Notes under the pieces: model-generated | What the model saw: only the letters and a program-made list of their open reading frames with translations | Databases searched by the model: none | What the model was told of the DNA's origin: nothing | Translations under genes and position numbers: made by a program | From: Nitratidesulfovibrio vulgaris str. Hildenborough | GTDB taxonomy: Bacteria > Desulfobacterota > Desulfovibrionia > Desulfovibrionales > Desulfovibrionaceae | Length of the DNA: 32,000 nt | NCBI RefSeq assembly: GCF_000195755.1 | Contig: NC_002937.3 | Span: forward strand, 1,170,001 to 1,202,000 | Reading direction: 5' to 3' | Part shown: piece by piece, positions 7,463-14,612 of the stretch | Position numbering within the stretch: the stretch's first letter is position 1 | Layout of the letters: every line of letters starts with the position of its first letter

Positions 7463-8389
7463 ATGAACATCACGCGGATACCGTCAGCGTTCGTGCTGGC
7501 TTTCGTACTGGCTGTCGCCTCTCCGGCGCTGGCAGAGGGTGACCTCGCCGAGATAGGCTCTGGTGAGCGGGCCGGTAAGCAGGGCGAGGCTATGCTCGAT
7601 TCCGCCGACGCCGTGGCCCGGTCGCTGCATGATCAGTTGCGGCGGCATGGCAAGGATACGGGCACGATACTGGTGGCATCACTGACAGACCTCGAGGATA
7701 TGGACGCGTCGAGCCCCTTCGGCAGGCTTGCCATGCAGCAGATAGCCTCACGGCTGGGAAGCCGGGGCCATGAAGTCGTCGAGGCACGGTTGCGGCGCGA
7801 TTACGTCATAGCCCCTGAAAAGGGCGAACAGATGCTCACCCGCGACGTTACGGCCCTTCGTGCGTCCGACCATCCGGCATGGGCCGCCCTTGTGGGCAAC
7901 TACAGCCGTGCAGGGGAGACGGTCTTCGTCTCTGTGCGTGTGGTCCGCCTTGTGGATGGCGTGCAGCTGGCAGCCGAAGAGTACCGTCTGCCCCTGCGTG
8001 GAGAAGTGAAGCAGCTGTTCGTCGCGTCGTCCGGACGTGCCAACCAGTGGGCGCACTACGCCATGCGCGACCCTGCCTTTGTCGTGGGAGGTGCCCAGCC
8101 GCAGGCTTCGGCAGCATCGGGGCCGCAGGTCGCCTCGCCTGCCGACCCGGCACTCATGCCACAACTCAAGGCTTTTCCGCCCTTCGGTGCGGAGGGGCGC
8201 AAGGTCGAACCTGCGCGTGGTGCCGTGAAGAAGTCGAAGGCCGCCAAGTCCAGACCCGCGACGGCCAAGGCGAAGAGCGTGTCGAAGCAGAAGCCGAAGG
8301 CCGTCTCCAAGCCCTCCGCGAAAGAGGGTGGGGCCCCTGCACCATCGCCGCTGGACACGCCCGGCCCGAATGGACTCAAGGATGCCTGA
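7463..8389 (+). CDS. FlgO-like periplasmic protein with an Ala/Lys/Pro-rich C-terminal tail
   Basis: GGAGGAG precedes ATG 7463. Signal peptide is AVASPALA-EG. The core (ILVASLTDLEDMDASSPFGRLAMQQIASRLGSRGHEVVEARL ... ALVGNYSRAGETVFVSVRVVRL) matches my memory of the FlgO-domain pattern. The tail is KKSKAAKSRPATAKAKSVSKQKPKAVSKP. Confidence 0.7.
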   Translation: MNITRIPSAFVLAFVLAVASPALAEGDLAEIGSGERAGKQGEAMLDSADAVARSLHDQLRRHGKDTGTILVASLTDLEDMDASSPFGRLAMQQIASRLGSRGHEVVEARLRRDYVIAPEKGEQMLTRDVTALRASDHPAWAALVGNYSRAGETVFVSVRVVRLVDGVQLAAEEYRLPLRGEVKQLFVASSGRANQWAHYAMRDPAFVVGGAQPQASAASGPQVASPADPALMPQLKAFPPFGAEGRKVEPARGAVKKSKAAKSRPATAKAKSVSKQKPKAVSKPSAKEGGAPAPSPLDTPGPNGLKDA

Positions 8390-8532
8390 AGGCGCCCGTC
8401 GGGCGGCACTGCGGGCGACACCGGCGGGCGACCCGGCCCGTCACGCTTTTAGAGGTTGAAATCCGCCGGGAAACAGCCTAGAAAGCTGCACGCGAATGTC
8501 TGCCCGGGGCGATTGCGCCCCAGAGGCTGCTC

Positions 8533-8561
8533 TTGACGCGGGCCGTGCCACCCGGTACAAA
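8533..8561 (+). promoter_or_regulatory. candidate sigma70-type promoter of rpmH
   Basis: TTGACG (8533-8538), 17-nt spacer, TACAAA (8556-8561), about 30 nt upstream of the rpmH start. Confidence 0.4.
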
Positions 8562-8592
8562 GGTCCGTTCATATTTTTTGAAGGAGAAAACC

Positions 8593-8727
8593 ATGAAGAG
8601 AACCTACCAGCCGAGCAAGATCAGAAGGAAGCGTAGCCTTGGTTTCCGCGCACGCATGGCCACCGCTGCCGGTCGCGAGATCATCCGCCGCAGGCGTGCC
8701 AAGGGGCGCAAGAAATTAGCCGCCTAA
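8593..8727 (+). CDS. rpmH: 50S ribosomal protein L34
   Basis: [44 protein letters not shown] is canonical L34. AAGGAG sits 6 nt upstream of ATG 8593. Confidence 0.95.
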   Translation: MKRTYQPSKIRRKRSLGFRARMATAAGREIIRRRRAKGRKKLAA

Positions 8728-9104
8728 CGTTCACCCATAGCCACCGACTGACCCGGCGGCCTGAGTTTCAAGCCTGCTATGGAGCAGGCCGCCGTTTTTT
8801 TTCAAAGAACTTCGTGCTGTTCGTCATGGAACGATCGGCCGACCCCGAAGGCTGGCGTCTGGGGCTGGCGGTCACGCGAAAGACCGGAACGGCCGTGCAG
8901 CGCAACCGCGTCAAGCGAGTGCTGCGTGAGTTCTTCAGGTTACATCAGCATGTGTTGCCCGATGATGCCGACATCATCGCGGTGCCCAAGCGCCATCTCA
9001 GGCCAGAGCGGGTCACACTCGGCCTCGTCACGCAGGAACTCCTGCCCCTGGTAGCGGCCCTCCGCCAGGACGCGACCCGCACGGCGGAAAACGGAGCGCC
9101 ATGA
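8715..9104 (+). CDS. rnpA: ribonuclease P protein component; 5' end uncertain, probably a non-canonical start
   Basis: The frame is open from 8637. The segment [34 protein letters not shown], upstream of the first canonical start (GTG 8814), matches the conserved RnpA N-terminus. The [13 protein letters not shown] motif lies downstream. Candidate starts are ATT 8715 (AAGGGG 8 nt upstream) and CTG 8748. Confidence 0.8.
   Translation: MSRLTFTHSHRLTRRPEFQACYGAGRRFFSKNFVLFVMERSADPEGWRLGLAVTRKTGTAVQRNRVKRVLREFFRLHQHVLPDDADIIAVPKRHLRPERVTLGLVTQELLPLVAALRQDATRTAENGAP
8754..8802 (+). terminator. terminator/attenuator-like hairpin plus T8 downstream of rpmH, inside the rnpA 5' coding region
   Basis: 10-bp stem cggcggcctg (8754-8763) / caggccgccg (8785-8794), 21-nt loop, then TTTTTTTT (8795-8802). 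Confidence 0.55.
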
Positions 9105-9361
9105 GCGTTATGCTGCGCAGACTGGTGGTGCTGCCTGTCAGATTCTACCAGTACTGCATCTCCCCCCTCTTCCCGCCCGCCTGCCGGTATGTACCCACAT
9201 GCTCGGCCTATACTGCCGAGGCCGTCATGAGGCACGGCGTCATGCGTGGTCTGTGGCTTGCCGCGCGTCGCATCCTGCGTTGCCATCCGTGGTGCGCCGG
9301 AGGGCACGACCCGGTTCCGCCCGTTCCGCCCCAAAGATATCCAAGCGCACAGGAGCACTAG
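9101..9361 (+). CDS. yidD: membrane protein insertion efficiency factor YidD
   Basis: [31 protein letters not shown] is the YidD signature. The start overlaps the rnpA stop (ATGA). Confidence 0.9.
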   Translation: MSVMLRRLVVLPVRFYQYCISPLFPPACRYVPTCSAYTAEAVMRHGVMRGLWLAARRILRCHPWCAGGHDPVPPVPPQRYPSAQEH

Positions 9362-9368
9362 ACATCCC

Positions 9369-10973
9369 ATGGAAAACAAGCGCGCCATCATAGCCGTCGT
9401 TCTCAGCTTCATCGTCCTCGTAGGATGGGGCTATCTCTCGGAATACATGGGCTGGACGCCCAAATCCGTTCCGGCGACCGAACAGAAGACTGCTGCTTCC
9501 GCACCCGCACCGTCAGTCGTGACCTCCGCACCGGAGGCCGTGACCCCCGCCCCCGCCTTCTCGCCTTCCACCGGTCATGAAGTGACCGTGACGACTCCCC
9601 TCTACAAGGCCGTCCTTCATTCCGGTGGCGGTGTGCTGCGCCAGTTCATGCTGTCGCGCTACCACATGGGCATCGACCGCGATGCCGCCCCGGTGAATCT
9701 CATCGAATCTTCCGCCATCCGCGTGGCGCCGCTGGGCCTTCTGGTCAACGGGCAGCCCTCGTGGAATACGGGGCAGTGGGCCTTTGAAGGTGGTGACCTG
9801 AACCTTGCCGACGGGCAGACGGGCACCTTGCGGTTTGTGGGGTCGGTGGACGGGCTGCGCGTTGTGCGCGAGCTTGAATTCCATGCCGACAGCTATCTCG
9901 TCACCGAGAAGCTGCACCTTGCGCCCGAGGGCGACGCCCCCCGCACCGCGCGCGTGGGGTTCACCCTTGGCACCACCAGCCTCACCCCGGGTGAGAGCCA
10001 GTACAACCTGACCCGTGTGGCATGGTTCGCAGACGGCAGCTTCAGTGAGAAGTCCAGCACCGGCGATCTTGAAAAGGGCGTTCTCATCGACGGTTCCATC
10101 GACTGGGCCGGGGTGATGAGCAACTACTTCCTTGCCGCCGTGGCGCCCAAGGACACCCGCGCCGTTCTCAAGGGCAAGCTCGAAGGCGGCGTGTACCGCG
10201 TTGCGGTCGAACGCCCCGACCAGATGGTCAACCCCGGCAACAGCGACGTCATCGTCTGCAACTACTGGTTTGGCCCCAAAGAGCGCGACCTCCTGAACGC
10301 AGCGCCCAACAATCTCGGCAAGGCCATCGACCTTGGCTGGTTCGGCTTCATCGCCCGCCCGCTGGTGACCCTGCTCGACTTCTTCTACAAGTACGTGGGC
10401 AACTACGGCACCGCCATCATCCTGCTCACCATTCTCATCAAACTCGTTTTCTGGCCGCTTTCGCACAAGAGCTACAAGTCCATGGAGCAGATGAAGAAGC
10501 TCCAGCCCATGCTCGCCAAGGTGCGTGAGAAGCATGCCGACGACCGCGAGAAGATGAACGAGGAGATGATGCGCCTGTACAAGACCTACAAGGTCAACCC
10601 CGCAGGCGGCTGTCTTCCCATGCTGGTGCAGATTCCCGTGTTCTTCGGTCTGTATCAGGCCCTTCTCAATGCCATTGAATTGCGTCATGCCCCGTTCATC
10701 GCCCATGTGCCCTTCACCGACATCGTGTGGCTTGCCGACCTTTCTGCCAAGGACCCGTTCTACGTCACCCCGCTGGTGATGGGGGCGACCATGTTCCTCC
10801 AGCAGAAGCTCACGCCTCCCGCGGGAGACCCCACACAGGCCAAGGTGATGATGTTCATGCCGGTGGTGTTCACCTTCCTGTTCCTGAACTTCCCTTCGGG
10901 TCTTGTGGTCTACTGGCTGTGCAACAACGTCCTGTCCATCGCCCAGCAGTGGTGGATTCTGCGCAAGGCCTGA
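9369..10973 (+). CDS. yidC: membrane protein insertase YidC
   Basis: N-terminal TM helix, large periplasmic domain, and a conserved C-terminal core (GTAIILLTILIKLVFWPL, KVNPAGGCLPMLVQIPVFFGLY, PSGLVVYWLCNNVLSIAQQ). ATG 9369 gives the typical MENKRAIIAVVLSF N-terminus. Confidence 0.95.
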   Translation: MENKRAIIAVVLSFIVLVGWGYLSEYMGWTPKSVPATEQKTAASAPAPSVVTSAPEAVTPAPAFSPSTGHEVTVTTPLYKAVLHSGGGVLRQFMLSRYHMGIDRDAAPVNLIESSAIRVAPLGLLVNGQPSWNTGQWAFEGGDLNLADGQTGTLRFVGSVDGLRVVRELEFHADSYLVTEKLHLAPEGDAPRTARVGFTLGTTSLTPGESQYNLTRVAWFADGSFSEKSSTGDLEKGVLIDGSIDWAGVMSNYFLAAVAPKDTRAVLKGKLEGGVYRVAVERPDQMVNPGNSDVIVCNYWFGPKERDLLNAAPNNLGKAIDLGWFGFIARPLVTLLDFFYKYVGNYGTAIILLTILIKLVFWPLSHKSYKSMEQMKKLQPMLAKVREKHADDREKMNEEMMRLYKTYKVNPAGGCLPMLVQIPVFFGLYQALLNAIELRHAPFIAHVPFTDIVWLADLSAKDPFYVTPLVMGATMFLQQKLTPPAGDPTQAKVMMFMPVVFTFLFLNFPSGLVVYWLCNNVLSIAQQWWILRKA

Positions 10974-11011
10974 TTCCCACGTTGAATCCGCGACAAGCGA
11001 CGAGGTGATGC

Positions 11012-12304
11012 ATGGACGGTTACAAGGACTTTCAGGGTAAGACCCTGGATGAAGCCATACGCGAGGCCTGCTCGTATTTCGATGCGCCCCGCGAGAAGCT
11101 CGAGATAGACATCATACAGGATGCCAAGAGCGGCATCTTCGGACTGGTGGGTGTGCGCAAGGCCAAGATCAGGGCCCGTCGCGTGCAACTCAAGACGACT
11201 GTGGAAGAACTCGTCGGGCGCGGTCGGGAGGCTGCATCCCCTGCCGAAGCCTCTGAAGGCGAAGGCAAGGCGCGTTCATCGCGTCGTCCGGCGAAGCCCG
11301 TGCGAGAGAAGCGCGAGACGGCATCCGAGGATGCGCCCAAGGCCTCTTCGGCCGATGGTGACGATGCGGCACCTTCGCGGCAGCCCCGCGGCGAACGCGG
11401 TCGCAGTGACCGTCAGCCCCGTGAGGCCCGTGCCCCGAAGTCCGAGGCCGCCGTTGCCGAGTCGGATGCTGGCGCCGCGGCGACCGAACAGTCCGAAGCC
11501 ATGGACGGCGAACAGCGCGAACGTACCGGCCGTCGTCGTCGTCGTGGCGGTCGCGGTCGTGGGCGTTCGCAGAATGGCGAACGTGCAGCGCAAGAGGCGA
11601 CAGGTACGGCCGAGGCCGAAGCGCAGGGCACGGCAGACGCCGCCCCAGCACAAGAGCCCGCGACTCCTGCCCCGCGCGGCAGGGGACAGAACCGGCCCGC
11701 CCCGGCGCGTCGTTCCGCCCCGCCCGCAGCCTCTTCCGTCGCTGCCTCTGCCGAAGGCTTCGAAGACTTCGCCGACGGCGGCGATGACGCCACCCCCGAA
11801 GGTCTGCCGGATATCCCTCTCGCCGACCTTGATCAGGAGCTTGTGCGTAGCGTTGCGCTCGAAGTGACAGGCAAACTGGTTGCTCCCATCATCGGCGAGG
11901 CCGCGCTCACTGTCGACCTTGCCGACGGTCGCATCAAGGTCACCGTCGATTGTGGCGACAACTCCGGATTGCTCATCGGGCGCGAAGGGCAGACCCTCGC
12001 CTCCATACAATACCTCGCTTCGCGTATCGTGGCCCGCAAGCTCAACGCGGCCGTGCGCGTCCAGCTTGACACGGGCGACTACCGCGAGCGTCAGGACGAG
12101 AAGCTTCGTGAACTTGCGGTTTCCCTCGCCGAGAAGGCACGCGCGACAGGCAAGCCCCAGTCCACCCGCCCCCTCAGTTCCTACCATCGCCGGGTCGTCC
12201 ATCTGGCCTTGCAGGAGGAAGAGGACATCGTCACCCGCAGCAAGGGTGACGGTCCGCTCAAGCGCGTCATCGTGCTCAAGCGTCGCAAGTCCCCCGCCGC
12301 GTAG
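11012..12304 (+). CDS. jag: Jag/KhpB-type RNA-binding protein (Jag_N + KH + R3H) with a long low-complexity insert
   Basis: Jag N-terminal domain ([29 protein letters not shown]), KH ([16 protein letters not shown]) and R3H ([11 protein letters not shown]) motifs. It occupies the conserved position between yidC and mnmE. Confidence 0.9.
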   Translation: MDGYKDFQGKTLDEAIREACSYFDAPREKLEIDIIQDAKSGIFGLVGVRKAKIRARRVQLKTTVEELVGRGREAASPAEASEGEGKARSSRRPAKPVREKRETASEDAPKASSADGDDAAPSRQPRGERGRSDRQPREARAPKSEAAVAESDAGAAATEQSEAMDGEQRERTGRRRRRGGRGRGRSQNGERAAQEATGTAEAEAQGTADAAPAQEPATPAPRGRGQNRPAPARRSAPPAASSVAASAEGFEDFADGGDDATPEGLPDIPLADLDQELVRSVALEVTGKLVAPIIGEAALTVDLADGRIKVTVDCGDNSGLLIGREGQTLASIQYLASRIVARKLNAAVRVQLDTGDYRERQDEKLRELAVSLAEKARATGKPQSTRPLSSYHRRVVHLALQEEEDIVTRSKGDGPLKRVIVLKRRKSPAA

Positions 12305-12326
12305 CGGCGGTCTGCCAGTCATCACG

Positions 12327-12361
12327 ACGGGGGAGCCTTTGAAAGGGTTCCCCCGTTTTTT
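12327..12361 (+). terminator. rho-independent terminator after jag
   Basis: Stem acgggggagcc / ggttcccccgt (11 bp, one G-U pair) followed by TTTTTT. It lies 23 nt after the jag stop. Confidence 0.7.
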
Positions 12362-12377
12362 CCGTTCAGGAGTCCCT

Positions 12378-13751
12378 ATGCAGCACGACGACACCATCGC
12401 CGCCATCGCCACGCCACTAGGTCAGGGGGGCATCGGCATCATTCGTATCAGCGGGCCGGCCAGCCTTGAGGTGCTGCGGGCACTGTTCAGGCCGTCTTCT
12501 TCCCGGTTCGGGGGCTTCAGGCCATGGACGCTGCATCATGGAACCATCACCGACGGGTGCGACCCCCTCGACGATGTTCTCGCCGTGCATATGCCGGGGC
12601 CGCGGACCTTCACCGGAGAGGACGTGTCGGAAATCCACTGTCACGGCGGTTCCGGTGTCCTTGCTGCGGTACTGGAGGCGTGTGTCAGGCATGGTGCGCG
12701 CTATGCGGAACGCGGAGAGTTCACCCGTCGTGCGTTCCTGAACGGACGCATGGACCTGACGCAGGCCGAGGCCGTGGCGGAGATGATCGCCGCGCCGTCG
12801 CGTGAGGGAATGCGCCTTGCGCAGGCAAAGCTGGATGGTCTTCTGGGGCAGAGGGTCGGCGCGTTGCGTGCCCGTCTGGATGCGTTGCGGATGCAGTTGT
12901 GCGTGGCTGTCGATTTTCCGGAAGAGGAAGTGGAGTGTCTGGCGCCCGAGGCCTTTCTCGCTGAAATCGAAGCCGTACGGCAGGGCGTTGTGGAACTTTC
13001 GGCAGGGTATGCCAGAACCCGGTGCTGGCAGGACGGAGCGCTTGTCGTGCTGGCTGGGCAGGTCAATGCCGGGAAGTCAAGCCTCATGAACGCCCTCCTC
13101 GGCAGACGTCGTGCCATCGTCACCGATTTGCCCGGTACGACCCGTGACTTCATCGAGGAGCCCCTGAACCTGTCGGGCCTTGCCATCAGGCTTGCCGACA
13201 CGGCGGGGCTGCGTGAAACAGGGGATATCGTCGAGCAGGAAGGCGTGCGCATGAGCCGCGACCTCGTGGCGCAAGCCGACCTCGTCCTGCTGGTCACCGA
13301 TGCGACGCAAGGTTTGCAGGGGCCGGAACTCGAACTCCTGCGTCATGCCGGGCCGGAGAGGGTGCTTGTCGTCTTCAACAAGACCGACCTTCTGGAGGGG
13401 CGCATCTTGCCGTCAACCCCGGAGGGCTGCCGTTCCGTTCATGTGGCCGCAGCCTCGGGAGACGGGGTCGAATCGCTCGTCACGGCCATCCGTGCTGCTG
13501 TGCTTGCGGCGACGGGTGCAGGAGAACCCGAAGCGGGCGAACTCGCCCCCAACATGCGGCAGGCTGCTGCACTGGACAAGGCCGCGACAATCCTCGATGA
13601 ACTCGCCGGGGATATACGGGCGCACGTGCCCTACGACCTTTGCGGGGTGCGCCTCGACGGGGCTTGCGCTGCCCTCATGGATGTCACCGGGCAATCCACC
13701 CCCGAAGCCATCCTCGACGCCATCTTCGCCAGCTTCTGCATCGGCAAGTGA
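12378..13751 (+). CDS. mnmE: tRNA modification GTPase MnmE
   Basis: [23 protein letters not shown]-terminus, G domain ([24 protein letters not shown]) and the C-terminal CIGK motif. AGGAG sits 5 nt upstream of ATG 12378. Confidence 0.95.
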   Translation: MQHDDTIAAIATPLGQGGIGIIRISGPASLEVLRALFRPSSSRFGGFRPWTLHHGTITDGCDPLDDVLAVHMPGPRTFTGEDVSEIHCHGGSGVLAAVLEACVRHGARYAERGEFTRRAFLNGRMDLTQAEAVAEMIAAPSREGMRLAQAKLDGLLGQRVGALRARLDALRMQLCVAVDFPEEEVECLAPEAFLAEIEAVRQGVVELSAGYARTRCWQDGALVVLAGQVNAGKSSLMNALLGRRRAIVTDLPGTTRDFIEEPLNLSGLAIRLADTAGLRETGDIVEQEGVRMSRDLVAQADLVLLVTDATQGLQGPELELLRHAGPERVLVVFNKTDLLEGRILPSTPEGCRSVHVAAASGDGVESLVTAIRAAVLAATGAGEPEAGELAPNMRQAAALDKAATILDELAGDIRAHVPYDLCGVRLDGACAALMDVTGQSTPEAILDAIFASFCIGK

Positions 13752-13787
13752 CCTGTGGGTGGACGGCTTGCGCACCACTGGGCGACA

Positions 13788-13815
13788 CAGGGGCCGGACG
13801 TCCGGGGGGGCCCTG
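13788..13815 (+). terminator. imperfect GC hairpin after mnmE, centred on the palindrome ccggacgtccgg
   Basis: The perfect 12-nt palindrome at 13794-13805 is flanked by caggg/ccctg. No T-tract follows. Confidence 0.3.
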
Positions 13816-13836
13816 CCTTGGCGGTGGTTACGGCCG

Positions 13837-13852
13837 TGTGACCCGCGTCACA
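13837..13852. promoter_or_regulatory. perfect CRP/FNR-family operator TGTGA-N6-TCACA
   Basis: Read directly: TGTGA cccgcg TCACA. The centre is about 81 nt upstream of ATG 13926. A weak -10-like CAGTAT at 13874-13879 is positioned as in a class II (-41.5) promoter. Confidence 0.5.
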
Positions 13853-13925
13853 GACATGCACCTGTGATGTCGCCAGTATCAGGCATGTGCAACGCATACT
13901 GTACCTTTTCCCTGTGAGGTTCTGC

Positions 13926-14612
13926 ATGTCCGAACGCGCTGTCTCCAGTTGCATGATCACCGTCTGCCGTGGGTTCGAACCGGGACGGTGCCGCTTCTCC
14001 CTCGTCGAGGGAGGCCTTTCTTCCGCAGATGTCGATGCCGCTGTCGCCGCGACCGGATGGGATGACTTCGTGAAATCGAGGGCACGCGGCCCACTCATGC
14101 AGCATGATGCCTTCAAGGTGGCATTGACGGGCTGCGCCAACGGTTGTTCACGTCCGCATATCATGGATGTGGGACTCATCCGGGCTGAACGCCCCGGTGC
14201 CGCCGATGACGCCTGTACCGCCTGTGGGCTTTGCATCCGTCAGTGTCCGGAAGGTGCCCTGACACCTATGGGGAACGACTCCTCGTGCCCCGCGACCATG
14301 TGCGCGCGTCCGGCAGGGACGCCGGTGCTGGATGTCGCTTCGTGTGTTTCATGCGGTCGCTGCCTGCGGCGCTGCCCGGAACATGCGTTGCCTGTCGTCG
14401 CTGCGGGCTGGCGCATTGTCGTGGGCGGTCGTCTCGGCAGACGCCCCCGCCTTGCGACCGAACTTCCGGGCATCTTCGATGATGCTACGGCCCTTGTGAT
14501 TCTCGACCGTGCGGCCCGCTGGTTCATGCGTGACCATCGCCCCGGCTTGCGTTTCGCCGACATCGTGGCGAAATCTCCCGAAGGGCTGTCTGCACTGGTG
14601 GAGGGCGTATGA
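13926..14612 (+). CDS. small Fe-S protein: nitrite/sulfite-reductase-type 4Fe-4S/siroheme domain with an inserted 2x[4Fe-4S] ferredoxin domain
   Basis: VCRGFEPGRCRF plus LTGCANGC resemble the four-Cys siroheme-cluster motif. There are two ferredoxin motifs, CTACGLCIRQCP and CVSCGRCLRRCP, followed by IVVGGRLGR. The start is either ATG 13926 or the upstream in-frame ATG 13887. Confidence 0.8.
   Translation: MSERAVSSCMITVCRGFEPGRCRFSLVEGGLSSADVDAAVAATGWDDFVKSRARGPLMQHDAFKVALTGCANGCSRPHIMDVGLIRAERPGAADDACTACGLCIRQCPEGALTPMGNDSSCPATMCARPAGTPVLDVASCVSCGRCLRRCPEHALPVVAAGWRIVVGGRLGRRPRLATELPGIFDDATALVILDRAARWFMRDHRPGLRFADIVAKSPEGLSALVEGV

Noticed and set aside
8390-8592. Possible oriC or DnaA-box cluster next to rpmH, as found in many bacteria
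   Set aside because: No dnaA gene is adjacent. I found no TTATCCACA-like boxes and no AT-rich unwinding element in the spacer.
13962-13980. tRNA T-arm-like string gggttcgaaccggg
   Set aside because: It lies in frame within the Fe-S protein gene (CRGFEPGRC). No acceptor, D or anticodon arms can be built around it.
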